Below are positions 1-8,302 of a stretch of DNA of 32,000 nt, piece after piece. The notes under the pieces were generated by a model. That model saw nothing but the letters and a program-made list of their open reading frames with translations. It did not search any database and was not told where the DNA came from. How positions within the stretch are numbered: position 1 is the stretch's first letter; each line of letters opens with the position of its first letter. The position numbers were made by a program, and so were the translations under genes. Source of the stretch: Gemmata obscuriglobus (GTDB taxonomy: Bacteria > Planctomycetota > Planctomycetia > Gemmatales > Gemmataceae); NCBI RefSeq assembly GCF_008065095.1, contig NZ_CP042911.1, forward strand, positions 5,610,001 to 5,642,000. The letters are read 5' to 3'.

Positions 1-2
1 TC

Positions 3-110
3 GACCACCACCTCACGAAGCCGGTGAACCATCAGGAGCTGACAGCACTCCTGGCAACCGTCTCACGGCAGCACGGCCAAGCGGCAACAGTTCGGAACAC
101 GTCCGGGTAA
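3..110 (+). CDS. 3' end of a gene entering the window; looks like the C-terminal end of a response-regulator receiver (REC) domain
   Basis: The frame starting at nt 3 reads DHHLTKPVNHQELTALLATVSRQHGQAATVRNTSG, then TAA at 108-110. The D-x-x-L-T-K-P-V segment matches the conserved Lys-Pro region at the end of REC domains. Only 35 codons are visible. Confidence 0.4.
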   Translation, partial: DHHLTKPVNHQELTALLATVSRQHGQAATVRNTSG

Positions 111-398
111 ATGGGCGACCGTCTTGATCGCCGCCACAGCGAGGCCGGTGCAACACAAATGACGTTCACCCGCCCCGCACCGAGCCCAGCGACGTGAATA
201 CAAGCGGCAACCGCTGCTGCCTTCAAGACGCCGGGCGGGTCGTGGTCGAACCGCCGATATCAGCCCTTCCAGTTGCTCACATCATTGGGGTTGCGGAATC
301 GACTTCAACTCGTTTCCGGCTGCCATCGGACCGCCCCTCGCCGACATCCCGATCACCCACGCCGACAAGCGGGCGCCTCGTGAACCTTCAGGACTGCG

Positions 399-493
399 AG
401 TCAAAAGTCGTCAAGTCAGCAAGTCGTACAGTCACAAACCATCATTATCACTGGATTTGTGACTGTACGACTTTCGACGATCGGACTTTTGAC
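399..493. repeat. Long imperfect palindrome with a perfect 18-bp stem (421-438 / 456-473, 17-nt loop) and AGTC/GACT motifs spaced about 8 bp apart
   Basis: Read directly: aAGTCGTACAGTCACAAA (loop ccatcattatcactgga) TTTGTGACTGTACGACTt. AGTC occurs at 399, 406, 414, 422 and 430; the mirrored GACT occurs at 461, 469 and 484. It lies in a ~480-bp non-coding gap between two convergent genes. Confidence 0.8.
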
Positions 494-591
494 CCGAAGC
501 TCTTCAGCTCCAGACATTTGAGTCGTATCGCCACTGGCCGGTAGGGTCCACAACCGGTGAGCAATCGGAACTTCCGCGCACCACCTCTTCA

Positions 592-1665
592 CTACGGCAG
601 GGGTACGTCTTTGAACTCGAACGGTACGGTCACATCGGCGAGTGGCGCGGGCGTTTCGTACACGAGCGCCCACCCTTTCCCGGTCGGGTTAGCGAACCCC
701 GCCTTCGCGTTCTCGTCGAACCGATGGATGACGCGCAGCGGGCTCGTCTGTTCCGGCTGCGGAATCTCGTACTCGTCGATCGTTACGAAGTTCCCGTCCG
801 GCGAGCGGAGCCGCAGCCGGTTGTCGCGGAGCCACGGTTGCCCCTCGAAGCTCTGAAACACCGGCTGCCCGGACGGGTAACCGAGTTCCAGCACGACCTC
901 CCATGTGTTGCCTTTCTTTTGAAGCTTTTTTAGCGCGCCCGTCACGCCTCCCAACGTTTGCGGCGGCGGCAGCGCTCCACCGGGCGCCTCGAACTTAAAC
1001 TCCAGCAGCCGGTCGGCGACGGTCGCGTGAAACGCCCCCGCGAGCGCGGTCAGACGCTGGGCCGTCCGCGGGACGCCCTCGATCTGCACTTTCATCTCGG
1101 CGGTCGCGCCGGACGGAAGCACCTGGGCCGACCCGCCCGTGTCCCGGAGTTTCGACCCCCGGTCGTCGGTCACCTTGCTGACCCGCGGCGTGGTGTCGAT
1201 CCGGTACACCTTCAGTCGCGGCTCCCAATGGGCCAGCAAGGCGACCTCGTGGAACGTGGCGCCCGCGTCGAGCAGCGCGCGGCCGGTGACCCCCTTCGCG
1301 ACCACCCGGAACGGACCGCTCGTAGCGGCGATCTCTTTCGAGTCGCCGCGCGGGAGCAGTTCCACCCGCGCCCCGCTCTCGCGCACCACGATCCGTGCGC
1401 CCGACGTGTCGGCGCTCTGCTGCAACGCGGACCAGAACGGCGCCTTGTCGAACGCGGCCCCGCACTTGGCGTTGACAAGCAACGGCGGTACCGCGATCGG
1501 CACCCCGGACTGCTTCGACAACTCCGCGACGACCTCTCCCAGCGGCGCGCCGGCCTTGGCGAACGTCACGGCGGTCGGGGCCGGAACCGGCGGCTTCGAC
1601 GGTTCCGCCGCGGCCAGCGCCATGAGGGTGCCGAGAGTGAGGGGTATAATGGGCAGCAAGCGCAT
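592..1665 (-). CDS. Secreted hypothetical protein (Sec signal peptide, beta-rich)
   Basis: Long ORF with GC3 bias. The ATG at 1665 gives MRLLPIIPLTLGTLMALAAAEP, a typical signal peptide. The ORF-track start at 1722 adds 19 non-hydrophobic residues and is less likely. No family recognised. Confidence 0.75.
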   Translation of the reverse strand: MRLLPIIPLTLGTLMALAAAEPSKPPVPAPTAVTFAKAGAPLGEVVAELSKQSGVPIAVPPLLVNAKCGAAFDKAPFWSALQQSADTSGARIVVRESGARVELLPRGDSKEIAATSGPFRVVAKGVTGRALLDAGATFHEVALLAHWEPRLKVYRIDTTPRVSKVTDDRGSKLRDTGGSAQVLPSGATAEMKVQIEGVPRTAQRLTALAGAFHATVADRLLEFKFEAPGGALPPPQTLGGVTGALKKLQKKGNTWEVVLELGYPSGQPVFQSFEGQPWLRDNRLRLRSPDGNFVTIDEYEIPQPEQTSPLRVIHRFDENAKAGFANPTGKGWALVYETPAPLADVTVPFEFKDVPLP

Positions 1666-1800
1666 GCGTGGCTCCCGGTCTCGGGCGGCGTCCGGTCGTA
1701 TAGACGACGCGGAAGGACCCACCTATCCTAACCTTGCTAGAAGAGCCGAGCCACTCGCGGTTCCTGCCCTGCCATCCGCCCGCTCACGAGGACGTTGTCG

Positions 1801-4629
1801 ATGCTCGTCACCCCCGACGTGTTGGCACACACCAGCGCTCGACTCCCCGACGACGTGGACCCGCAGGAAACGACCGAATGGCTCGACGCGATGGAGGCCG
1901 TACTCAAGCACGGCGGTCCGGAGCGGGCGAAGTTCCTGCTCGAGACGCTGATCGCCGCGACCGAGCGCGGCGGGGCAAAAATGCCCGGCGGGATCACGAC
2001 GCCGTACGTCAACACCATTCCGGTCGAGTTGCAAGCCCCCTTCCCCGGTGACCGCGCGGTCGAGCGGAAGATCAAGAGCATCGTCCGCTGGAACGCGATG
2101 GCGATGGTGCTCAAGGCGAACAAGAACACGAACGTCGGCGGCCACATCTCCACCTTCGCGTCGGCGGCCACCCTGTACGAAATCGGCTTCAATCACTTCT
2201 TCCACGGGAAGTCCGCGGACCACCCCGGCGATGTGGTGTTCTTCCAGGGCCACGCCAGCCCGGGCATGTACTCGCGGGCCTTCGTCGAGGGCCGACTCGA
2301 CGAGATCAAGCTCACGAACTTCCGCCAGGAGCTCCAGCCGGGCGGCGGGATCTCGAGTTACCCGCACCCGTGGCTGATGCCGGACTTCTGGCAGTACCCG
2401 ACGGTGTCGATGGGCCTCGGCCCGATCATGAGCATTTACCACGCGCGGTACAACCGGTACCTGCACGACCGGAGCCTGGCCCAAACGGACAAGGCCCGCG
2501 TCTGGGCGTTCCTCGGCGACGGCGAGTGCGACGAGCCGGAATCGCTCGGCGCGATCAGCCTCGCGGGCCGCGAGAAGCTCGACAACCTCACCTGGGTCAT
2601 CAACTGCAACTTGCAGCGGCTCGACGGCCCGGTGCGCGGCAACTCGAAGATCATCCAGGAGCTCGAAGGGATCTTCCGCGGCGCCGGGTGGAACGTCATC
2701 AAGGTGGTCTGGGGGACCGACTGGGACGAGCTACTCAGAAACGACCACACCGGGGCGCTGTCGCGCCGCATGATGGAGGTGGTGGACGGCGAGTACTGCA
2801 ATTACGTCGGCCGCGACATGCGGACGGCCGACGAGGTGAAGGCCGGGAAGCTGATCAGCGAGGAGGAGGACGCCGAGCGCCGCGGCCAGTACATCCGCGA
2901 CACGTTCTTCAACACGCCGGAGCTGAAGGCGCTGGTCGAGCACCTCTCGAACAAGCAGGTCGCGGCCCTCAAGCGCGGCGGGCACGACCCGCTGAAGGTG
3001 TACGCGGCGTACAAGACCGCGACCGAACACAAGGGGCAGCCGACCGTCATCCTCGTGAAGACGGTGAAGGGCTACGGCATCCCCGGCGACGGCGGCCAGG
3101 GCAAGTTCACCACGCACCAGCTCAAGAAGCTGGCGGTGCAGATCGAGGCCGTGCCCGACATGAAGCCGGAGGAGAAGGCGAAGCGCCAGATGCTCGCCGC
3201 GCTCCGCCAGTTCCGCGAGCGGTTCGAGCTGCCGGCCATTTCCGACGAGGAGCTGGAACACATCCCGTTCTACCGGCCGTCGGCCGACAGCCCCGAGGCC
3301 AAGTACGTCCGGGCGCGCCGCGCCGCGCTCGGCGGGCCGCAGCCGTTCCGCAACAACCAGTTCGTGCCGTGCCGCCCCCCGGAGCGCAAGGGGTTCGAGC
3401 GGCTGTACGCGGCCACGATCGCGGGCAAGGGCCAGTCCACGACGCTCGCGTGGGTCAACCTCATGACCCAGCTCTGCCGCGACCCGAACGTCGGCCAGCT
3501 CCTCGTGCCGATCGTGCCCGACGAGGGCCAGACGTTCGGCATGCCGCCGATGTACAAGGCGTTCGGCATGTACTCCAGCGTCGGGCAGCTCTACACGCCG
3601 GTCGACAAGGGCTCGCTGTCGGAGTACCGGGAGTCGAAGACCGGCCAGATCCTCCAGGAGGGGATCAACGAGGCGGGCAGCATGGCGAGTTGGATCGCGG
3701 CCGGCACCGCGTACAGCACGCACGGCGTCAACACGATCCCGTTCTACATCTACTACTCGATGTTCGGGTTCCAGCGGATCGGCGACCTCGCCTGGGCCGC
3801 CGCCGACGCCCGCTGCCGCGGGTTCCTGATGGGCGCCACCGCCGGCCGCACCACCATCAACGGCGAGGGGCTCCAGCACGAGGACGGCCACAGCCACCTC
3901 GTCGCCATGACCATCCCCACGTGCCGCACCTACGACCCCGCGTTCGCCTACGAGCTCGCGGTGATCGTCGAGGAGGGCATCAACGCGATGTACGTGCGGG
4001 GCGAGGAGTGCTTCTACTACCTCACCATTTACAACGAAAGCTACGACATGCCCGCGATGCCGAACGAAGACGTTCGCGCGGGCATCATCAAAGGCCTGTA
4101 CCCGGTGAAGACGGTGCGGCCCGAGGGCGCAAAGCTCGAGGTGCAACTGCTCGGCAGCGGTGTGATCCTGAACGAGGCGCTGCGGGCGCAAGGCATCCTC
4201 GCCGAGAAGTACGGCGTCGCCAGTACCGTGTACAGCGCGACCAGCTACCAGATGCTCCGCAAGGACGCGATCGAGTGCGAGCGCCACAACCGGCTGCACC
4301 CGGACGCGCCGAAGAAAACGCCCTACGTCTCCCAGGTGCTGGGCAACACCAAGGGGCCGATCGTCGCCACCAGCGACTACATGCGGGCGCTGCCCGAGAC
4401 CGTGGCACCGTACCTCAACGGCCGGCTGCTCGCGCTGGGCACCGACGGCTTCGGCCGCTCGGAAACCCGCAAGGCGCTCCGTCGGTTCTTTGAAGTGGAC
4501 GCCGAGAACGTGGCGGTCGCGGCGCTCTACTCGCTGTTCCAACAAGGGCAACTCGACCCCGGCACCGTCAAAAAGGCGGTCGCGGAACTGGGCCTGAACC
4601 CGGGCGCACCGCACCCGTGGACGGTCTGA
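1801..4629 (+). CDS. aceE: Pyruvate dehydrogenase E1 component, homodimeric AceE type
   Basis: About 940 aa. The N-terminus (PDDVDPQETTEWLDAMEAVLKHGGPERAKFLLETL) parallels E. coli AceE (NDVDPIETRDWLQAIESV...). Length and ThDP-binding-region architecture fit, and an E2 gene follows. ATG at 1801 is preferred over TTG at 1795. Confidence 0.95.
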   Translation: MLVTPDVLAHTSARLPDDVDPQETTEWLDAMEAVLKHGGPERAKFLLETLIAATERGGAKMPGGITTPYVNTIPVELQAPFPGDRAVERKIKSIVRWNAMAMVLKANKNTNVGGHISTFASAATLYEIGFNHFFHGKSADHPGDVVFFQGHASPGMYSRAFVEGRLDEIKLTNFRQELQPGGGISSYPHPWLMPDFWQYPTVSMGLGPIMSIYHARYNRYLHDRSLAQTDKARVWAFLGDGECDEPESLGAISLAGREKLDNLTWVINCNLQRLDGPVRGNSKIIQELEGIFRGAGWNVIKVVWGTDWDELLRNDHTGALSRRMMEVVDGEYCNYVGRDMRTADEVKAGKLISEEEDAERRGQYIRDTFFNTPELKALVEHLSNKQVAALKRGGHDPLKVYAAYKTATEHKGQPTVILVKTVKGYGIPGDGGQGKFTTHQLKKLAVQIEAVPDMKPEEKAKRQMLAALRQFRERFELPAISDEELEHIPFYRPSADSPEAKYVRARRAALGGPQPFRNNQFVPCRPPERKGFERLYAATIAGKGQSTTLAWVNLMTQLCRDPNVGQLLVPIVPDEGQTFGMPPMYKAFGMYSSVGQLYTPVDKGSLSEYRESKTGQILQEGINEAGSMASWIAAGTAYSTHGVNTIPFYIYYSMFGFQRIGDLAWAAADARCRGFLMGATAGRTTINGEGLQHEDGHSHLVAMTIPTCRTYDPAFAYELAVIVEEGINAMYVRGEECFYYLTIYNESYDMPAMPNEDVRAGIIKGLYPVKTVRPEGAKLEVQLLGSGVILNEALRAQGILAEKYGVASTVYSATSYQMLRKDAIECERHNRLHPDAPKKTPYVSQVLGNTKGPIVATSDYMRALPETVAPYLNGRLLALGTDGFGRSETRKALRRFFEVDAENVAVAALYSLFQQGQLDPGTVKKAVAELGLNPGAPHPWTV

Positions 4630-4648
4630 TACACATACCCGGTAATAT

Positions 4649-4735
4649 TGCCGCTTTCTTGACGAGCCGCGACCGCCAGGGAGCGGTGCCACGTATCCCG
4701 CTCCCTGGCGGTCGCGGCTCGTCAAGAAAGCGGCA
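4649..4735. repeat. Perfect 38-bp inverted repeat (stem 4649-4686 / 4698-4735, 11-nt loop) in the E1-E2 intergenic region
   Basis: tGCCGCTTTCTTGACGAGCCGCGACCGCCAGGGAGCGG (loop tgccacgtatc) CCGCTCCCTGGCGGTCGCGGCTCGTCAAGAAAGCGGCa. No mismatch was found by hand and no T-run follows. Confidence 0.9.
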
Positions 4736-4782
4736 CCCGTTGCGGGTTCATGTATGAGGACCGGCTCACACGTTGCCAACCC

Positions 4783-4844
4783 GAAGGTCGTAAAGCCGCA
4801 CAACAATCTCCGGCTTTACGACCTTCGACTTTCGAACCTTCGAC
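4783..4844. repeat. Second E1-E2 intergenic hairpin (16-bp stem 4783-4798 / 4811-4826, 12-nt loop), followed by short CGAC(C/T)TT-type tandem units
   Basis: GAAGGTCGTAAAGCCG (loop cacaacaatctc) CGGCTTTACGACCTTC, then gactttcgaaccttcgac. The 3' arm plus tail (4812-4844) matches 461-493 at 25 of 33 positions by hand alignment. Confidence 0.8.
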
Positions 4845-4874
4845 AGCACGCGAAGCAAGCATAAAGAGCCACAC

Positions 4875-6530
4875 ATGGACTTTCATCTGCCGAACCTGGG
4901 CGAGGGCATTGAGGGCGGAACCATCACCTCCGTGCTGGTGAAGCCCGGCGACACGGTCACCACCGGTCAGCCGGTGATGTCCGTCGAGACCGATAAGGCG
5001 TCGATGGAAGTCAATGCCGAGTCCGACGGCACCGTGGACGCTGTGCTGGTGAAGCCCGGCGACAAGGTGAGCATCGGCGCCCCACTCCTGAAACTCGGCG
5101 GCGGCCAAAAGGCCGAACCGAAGGCGGAAGCGAAACCGGCCGCGAAAGCCGCGGCCGAGGCGAAACCCGAGCCGCCCCCAAAGGCCGCTCCGGCGCCCGC
5201 TCCGTCGAGCGGCGCGGCGACCGCGTTCGCGCTCCCCGCGCTCGGCGAGGGCATTGAGGGCGGGACCATCACCGCGGTGTTCGTCAAAGCCGGCGACGCT
5301 GTGAAAGCCGGCCAGAACGTTGTCGCGATCGAAACCGACAAGGCCGCGATGGAAGTGGCCGCCGAAGCCGACGGCACCGTCGAGGCGGTCCACGTCAAGC
5401 CCGGCGACAAGGTGAGCATCGGCGGCCCGCTGCTAACGCTCAACGGCGGGGCTGCACCTCAACCGCAGCCGAAGGCGTCCGCCCCAACTCCCCAGCCGCC
5501 CGCGACGAAACAACCCGCCACTGAACAGGCAAAGCCCCAACCGCAGCCGACGCATGCGGCGTCCGCCAACGGGAGCAACGGCGCCACAAAGGCGATTATT
5601 CCAGCCGGCCCGGCTACGCGTAAACTGGCCCGCGAGCTGGGCGTCGCGCTCGCCGAGGTCAAGGGCACGGCCCGCGGCGGCCGCGTCACCCTGGACGACC
5701 TCAAGGGCTTCGTGAAGGGCGAGCGCACCCGCGCCAAGGAGAGCGGCAGCGCGGGCGGGGCGCTCGCGGCCGACGCGGTCGTCGTTAACAAGTACGCGCT
5801 CCCGCCGCTGCCCGACTTCTCGAAGTACGGCGCGGTCGAGGTCGCCGACGTTGCGACCATCCGCCAGACGATCGCGAAGAACCTCACCGCCGGCTGGCGC
5901 ACCATGCCGATGGTGACCCAGCACGAGCTGGCCGACATCACGGACCTCGAAGCGGGCCGCAAGCGGTTCGTGGACCAGCTCCCGAAGGGCGCCTCCAAGA
6001 TCACGATGACGGTGCTCGCCATCAAGGCGTGCGTCGCGGCGCTCAAGGAGTTCCCGCGGTTCAACAGCTCCTACGACATGAACGCCGGGAAGCTGATCCT
6101 CAAGAAGTACTTCCACATCGGCATCGCGGTCGATACCGAGCGCGGGCTGGTGGTGCCAGTGATCCGCGACGCCGACAAGAAGAGCATCCGCGACCTCGCC
6201 GCGGAGGTCTCTGCCCTCGCGGTCAAGGCGCGTGACAACAAGCTGAGCATCGACGAGATGCGCGGCGGCACGTTCACCATCACCAACCTCGGCGGGATCG
6301 GCGGGACCGCGTTCACCCCGATCGTAAACTACCCGGAGGTGGCCATTCTCGGGCTGTCGAAGTCGGCGATGCAGCCGATCGTAAAGGACGGCCAGATCGT
6401 CGCCCGGCTGATGATGCCGCTGAGCCTGACCTACGACCACCGGGTCATCGACGGCGCCGACGGGTGCCGGTTCACGGTGCGGCTCGCGCAACTCTTCAGC
6501 GACCCACTGCGGCTCCTCATGGAAACGTGA
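4875..6530 (+). CDS. aceF: Dihydrolipoamide acetyltransferase (E2) with two lipoyl domains, an E3-binding domain and a catalytic domain
   Basis: Two lipoyl domains each carry the ETDKA lipoyl-lysine motif and are joined by Ala/Pro-rich linkers. A PSBD-like segment (PATRKLARELGVALAEVKGTARGGRVTLDDL) and a C-terminal DHRVIDGADG catalytic motif follow. Confidence 0.95.
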   Translation: MDFHLPNLGEGIEGGTITSVLVKPGDTVTTGQPVMSVETDKASMEVNAESDGTVDAVLVKPGDKVSIGAPLLKLGGGQKAEPKAEAKPAAKAAAEAKPEPPPKAAPAPAPSSGAATAFALPALGEGIEGGTITAVFVKAGDAVKAGQNVVAIETDKAAMEVAAEADGTVEAVHVKPGDKVSIGGPLLTLNGGAAPQPQPKASAPTPQPPATKQPATEQAKPQPQPTHAASANGSNGATKAIIPAGPATRKLARELGVALAEVKGTARGGRVTLDDLKGFVKGERTRAKESGSAGGALAADAVVVNKYALPPLPDFSKYGAVEVADVATIRQTIAKNLTAGWRTMPMVTQHELADITDLEAGRKRFVDQLPKGASKITMTVLAIKACVAALKEFPRFNSSYDMNAGKLILKKYFHIGIAVDTERGLVVPVIRDADKKSIRDLAAEVSALAVKARDNKLSIDEMRGGTFTITNLGGIGGTAFTPIVNYPEVAILGLSKSAMQPIVKDGQIVARLMMPLSLTYDHRVIDGADGCRFTVRLAQLFSDPLRLLMET

Positions 6531-6553
6531 GCCCGAAGCAGGCAGTCGTGATC

Positions 6554-6585
6554 GCGCGGGAGCGGCACACCATCCGCTCCCGCGC
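6554..6585. terminator. GC-rich hairpin between convergent genes (12-bp stem, 8-nt loop); possible bidirectional terminator
   Basis: GCGCGGGAGCGG (loop cacaccat) CCGCTCCCGCGC, 24 nt after the E2 stop and about 70 nt from the stop of the convergent gene. No clear T-run. Confidence 0.45.
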
Positions 6586-6657
6586 GGCCGCGGCTCATTG
6601 CCAAACGTTACAAACGTTCCCGGCCGCGGAGCCAGAGGCGCGAGCCCCGAAACCCGA

Positions 6658-8301
6658 TCACACACCGCGAACAAGATCGCGGCCCGCGCGCCACCACAAC
6701 CCGGCGGCGGCTAAAACACAGACGGCCGCGGCGGCCAACAGCCAGCGAAACAAATCCTCCTGAGAGATCGCCAGTTCGCTCCGCGCGGCGTTCCACACCG
6801 CCGCCGGCCAGCCCGCCGCCAACAGGGCCACCGGCAGCAGCAGCCGGAACGCCCGCACGTCCGCCACACAGCGAACCGTCAGCCACGCTCCGAGTGCGAT
6901 AACGAACGCGATCCCGGATGCGGACAGTACCGCCGCCGCTACCCCCACCCGCACGCCCTGTTCGGCGATGAACGCCATCCCCACGGCGGTCACCGCGACC
7001 GCCACGAACCCGCTCCCGCGTTCCGCGTGCGCCTGAACCTTCGACCGCAGCACGGCCCGCCGGTCGAGCGGGGCGGCGAGGAGCGAATCGAGTGTGGCAC
7101 GGAACCGCTCCCCCGCCACCGCCCCGCTCACCCCGACCGCCACCGGGAGGAGGTAGCGCCCGGCCGCCAGAACTCCGGCGGCCATCAGCAGCCACCCGCC
7201 CTCAACGGCCGACAGAGTCCGAGACCGGGACGCGTCGCCCGCGTTGAGACCACGCACCAACCGATCGACCTGGGCCCAGGTGCCCCACAACAGGCACAGC
7301 AGCGCGAGCACGGCCGCGAGCCCCCTCAGCACCTTTGACGCCAGCGGCAAGGTCCACGCCGGGCGCCAGCCCACGCACCGCTCTTTCCACAGCACCGGAT
7401 CGGCCGGATCGAGCGGCGGGAGGTCCGGCGGCACCTCGTCTTCGGGCCGGATGAGGGGCGGTTCCGCCGGCCGTGGCGGCGGCGGGTACGTGGTCACCGG
7501 TGGCGGGCCGGCCGTCGCCTCGCGGAGCCGCAGCGCCCCCGCCGCCCGGGCCAGCAGCGCGAACCCGATCAGCACCTGAAGCAGCGGGTAACCCACCGCG
7601 AGTACCAAGAAATCGGTGTCGGAAAGTCGGAACCGGGAAGCCAGCACCAGTACGCCGAACGGCGTCGCTAACAGACACGGCGGCACGAAGGCGCCGCACA
7701 CCAGTACCACGGCCCGCCCGTAAGCGCCGACGACCGCGGACCGCAAGTCGGGCGCGCGGCACGCGGCCCCGACGCCGATCGCACCGCACAGCACCACGGT
7801 CCCAACGGTCAGAGCGTAGCCCGCGCCCAGCAGCCGCACATCAATGCCACCGAACAGGACCGTGATCATGAGCACCGGCACCCCCGCCAGCACCGCCGCC
7901 AGCACGAACGCGATGCGCCCGGCCGCCTTGCCGAACACGATCTCCCGGTCGCTCATCAGCGTGATGAGCAACAGGGGGAGCGTTTGCCGGTCCTTCTCCT
8001 CGGCGACCGCCGAAGCGGCCAGCGCCGGCGTCACCGCGACCACGGCGATCAGTTGCGCTTCGAGGGTGAGCAGTGCGAACGTGCTCGCGAACTCCGCGCA
8101 CTCGCGCAACGAGAGCGGGGGCAAGCGGGACAGGAAAATGAGGCGCAGGGGCAACGGGGAGAACGAGTAAGCCGTCAGCCCGAGGAACGTGAGGAACAGG
8201 GCGTAGAGGAGCACCAACCGGACGCGCATGGCCTGGCCGCGCCGGGCCAGCCGGCGCAACTCCCACACGGCCAACGTGCCGACCGAGGCGAACGGCCACA
8301 C
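6658..8301 (-). CDS. Polytopic membrane protein resembling a tandemly duplicated ABC-2-type permease
   Basis: Has many hydrophobic helices. Both halves open with an ABC-2-like W(K)E(L)R motif (VWELRRLARRG, then PVLWKERCVGW) and are separated by a Pro-rich linker. The GTG start at 8301 lies 1 nt after the upstream gene's TAG (TAGcGTG), suggesting translational coupling. The family call is from memory of the motif only. Confidence 0.75.
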   Translation of the reverse strand: MWPFASVGTLAVWELRRLARRGQAMRVRLVLLYALFLTFLGLTAYSFSPLPLRLIFLSRLPPLSLRECAEFASTFALLTLEAQLIAVVAVTPALAASAVAEEKDRQTLPLLLITLMSDREIVFGKAAGRIAFVLAAVLAGVPVLMITVLFGGIDVRLLGAGYALTVGTVVLCGAIGVGAACRAPDLRSAVVGAYGRAVVLVCGAFVPPCLLATPFGVLVLASRFRLSDTDFLVLAVGYPLLQVLIGFALLARAAGALRLREATAGPPPVTTYPPPPRPAEPPLIRPEDEVPPDLPPLDPADPVLWKERCVGWRPAWTLPLASKVLRGLAAVLALLCLLWGTWAQVDRLVRGLNAGDASRSRTLSAVEGGWLLMAAGVLAAGRYLLPVAVGVSGAVAGERFRATLDSLLAAPLDRRAVLRSKVQAHAERGSGFVAVAVTAVGMAFIAEQGVRVGVAAAVLSASGIAFVIALGAWLTVRCVADVRAFRLLLPVALLAAGWPAAVWNAARSELAISQEDLFRWLLAAAAVCVLAAAGLWWRAGRDLVRGV

Positions 8302-8302
8302 G

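Noticed and set aside
422-4792. A GTCGTA hexamer recurring in intergenic DNA (422, 521, 1708, 4786) as a possible regulator-binding site.
   Set aside because: A 6-mer is expected several times by chance in 32 kb, and it also occurs inside coding sequence (23053). It is not distinguishable from background without genome-wide statistics.
2370-4806. Very long ORFs overlapping aceE in other frames or on the other strand (2370-4493 +, 2731-4806 -). Analogous ORFs occur over other genes: 5433-6674 -, 15488-17215 -, 16024-17208 +, 19950-21983 -, 20186-21109 +, 22498-24042 -, 22719-24089 +, 27746-28633 -, 30075-31160 -.
   Set aside because: Their translations are Arg/Pro/Gly/Ala-rich and low in complexity, with no recognisable motifs. 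All lie opposite or out of frame to genes with unambiguous conserved products. These are the shadow ORFs expected in GC-rich DNA, where stop codons are rare.
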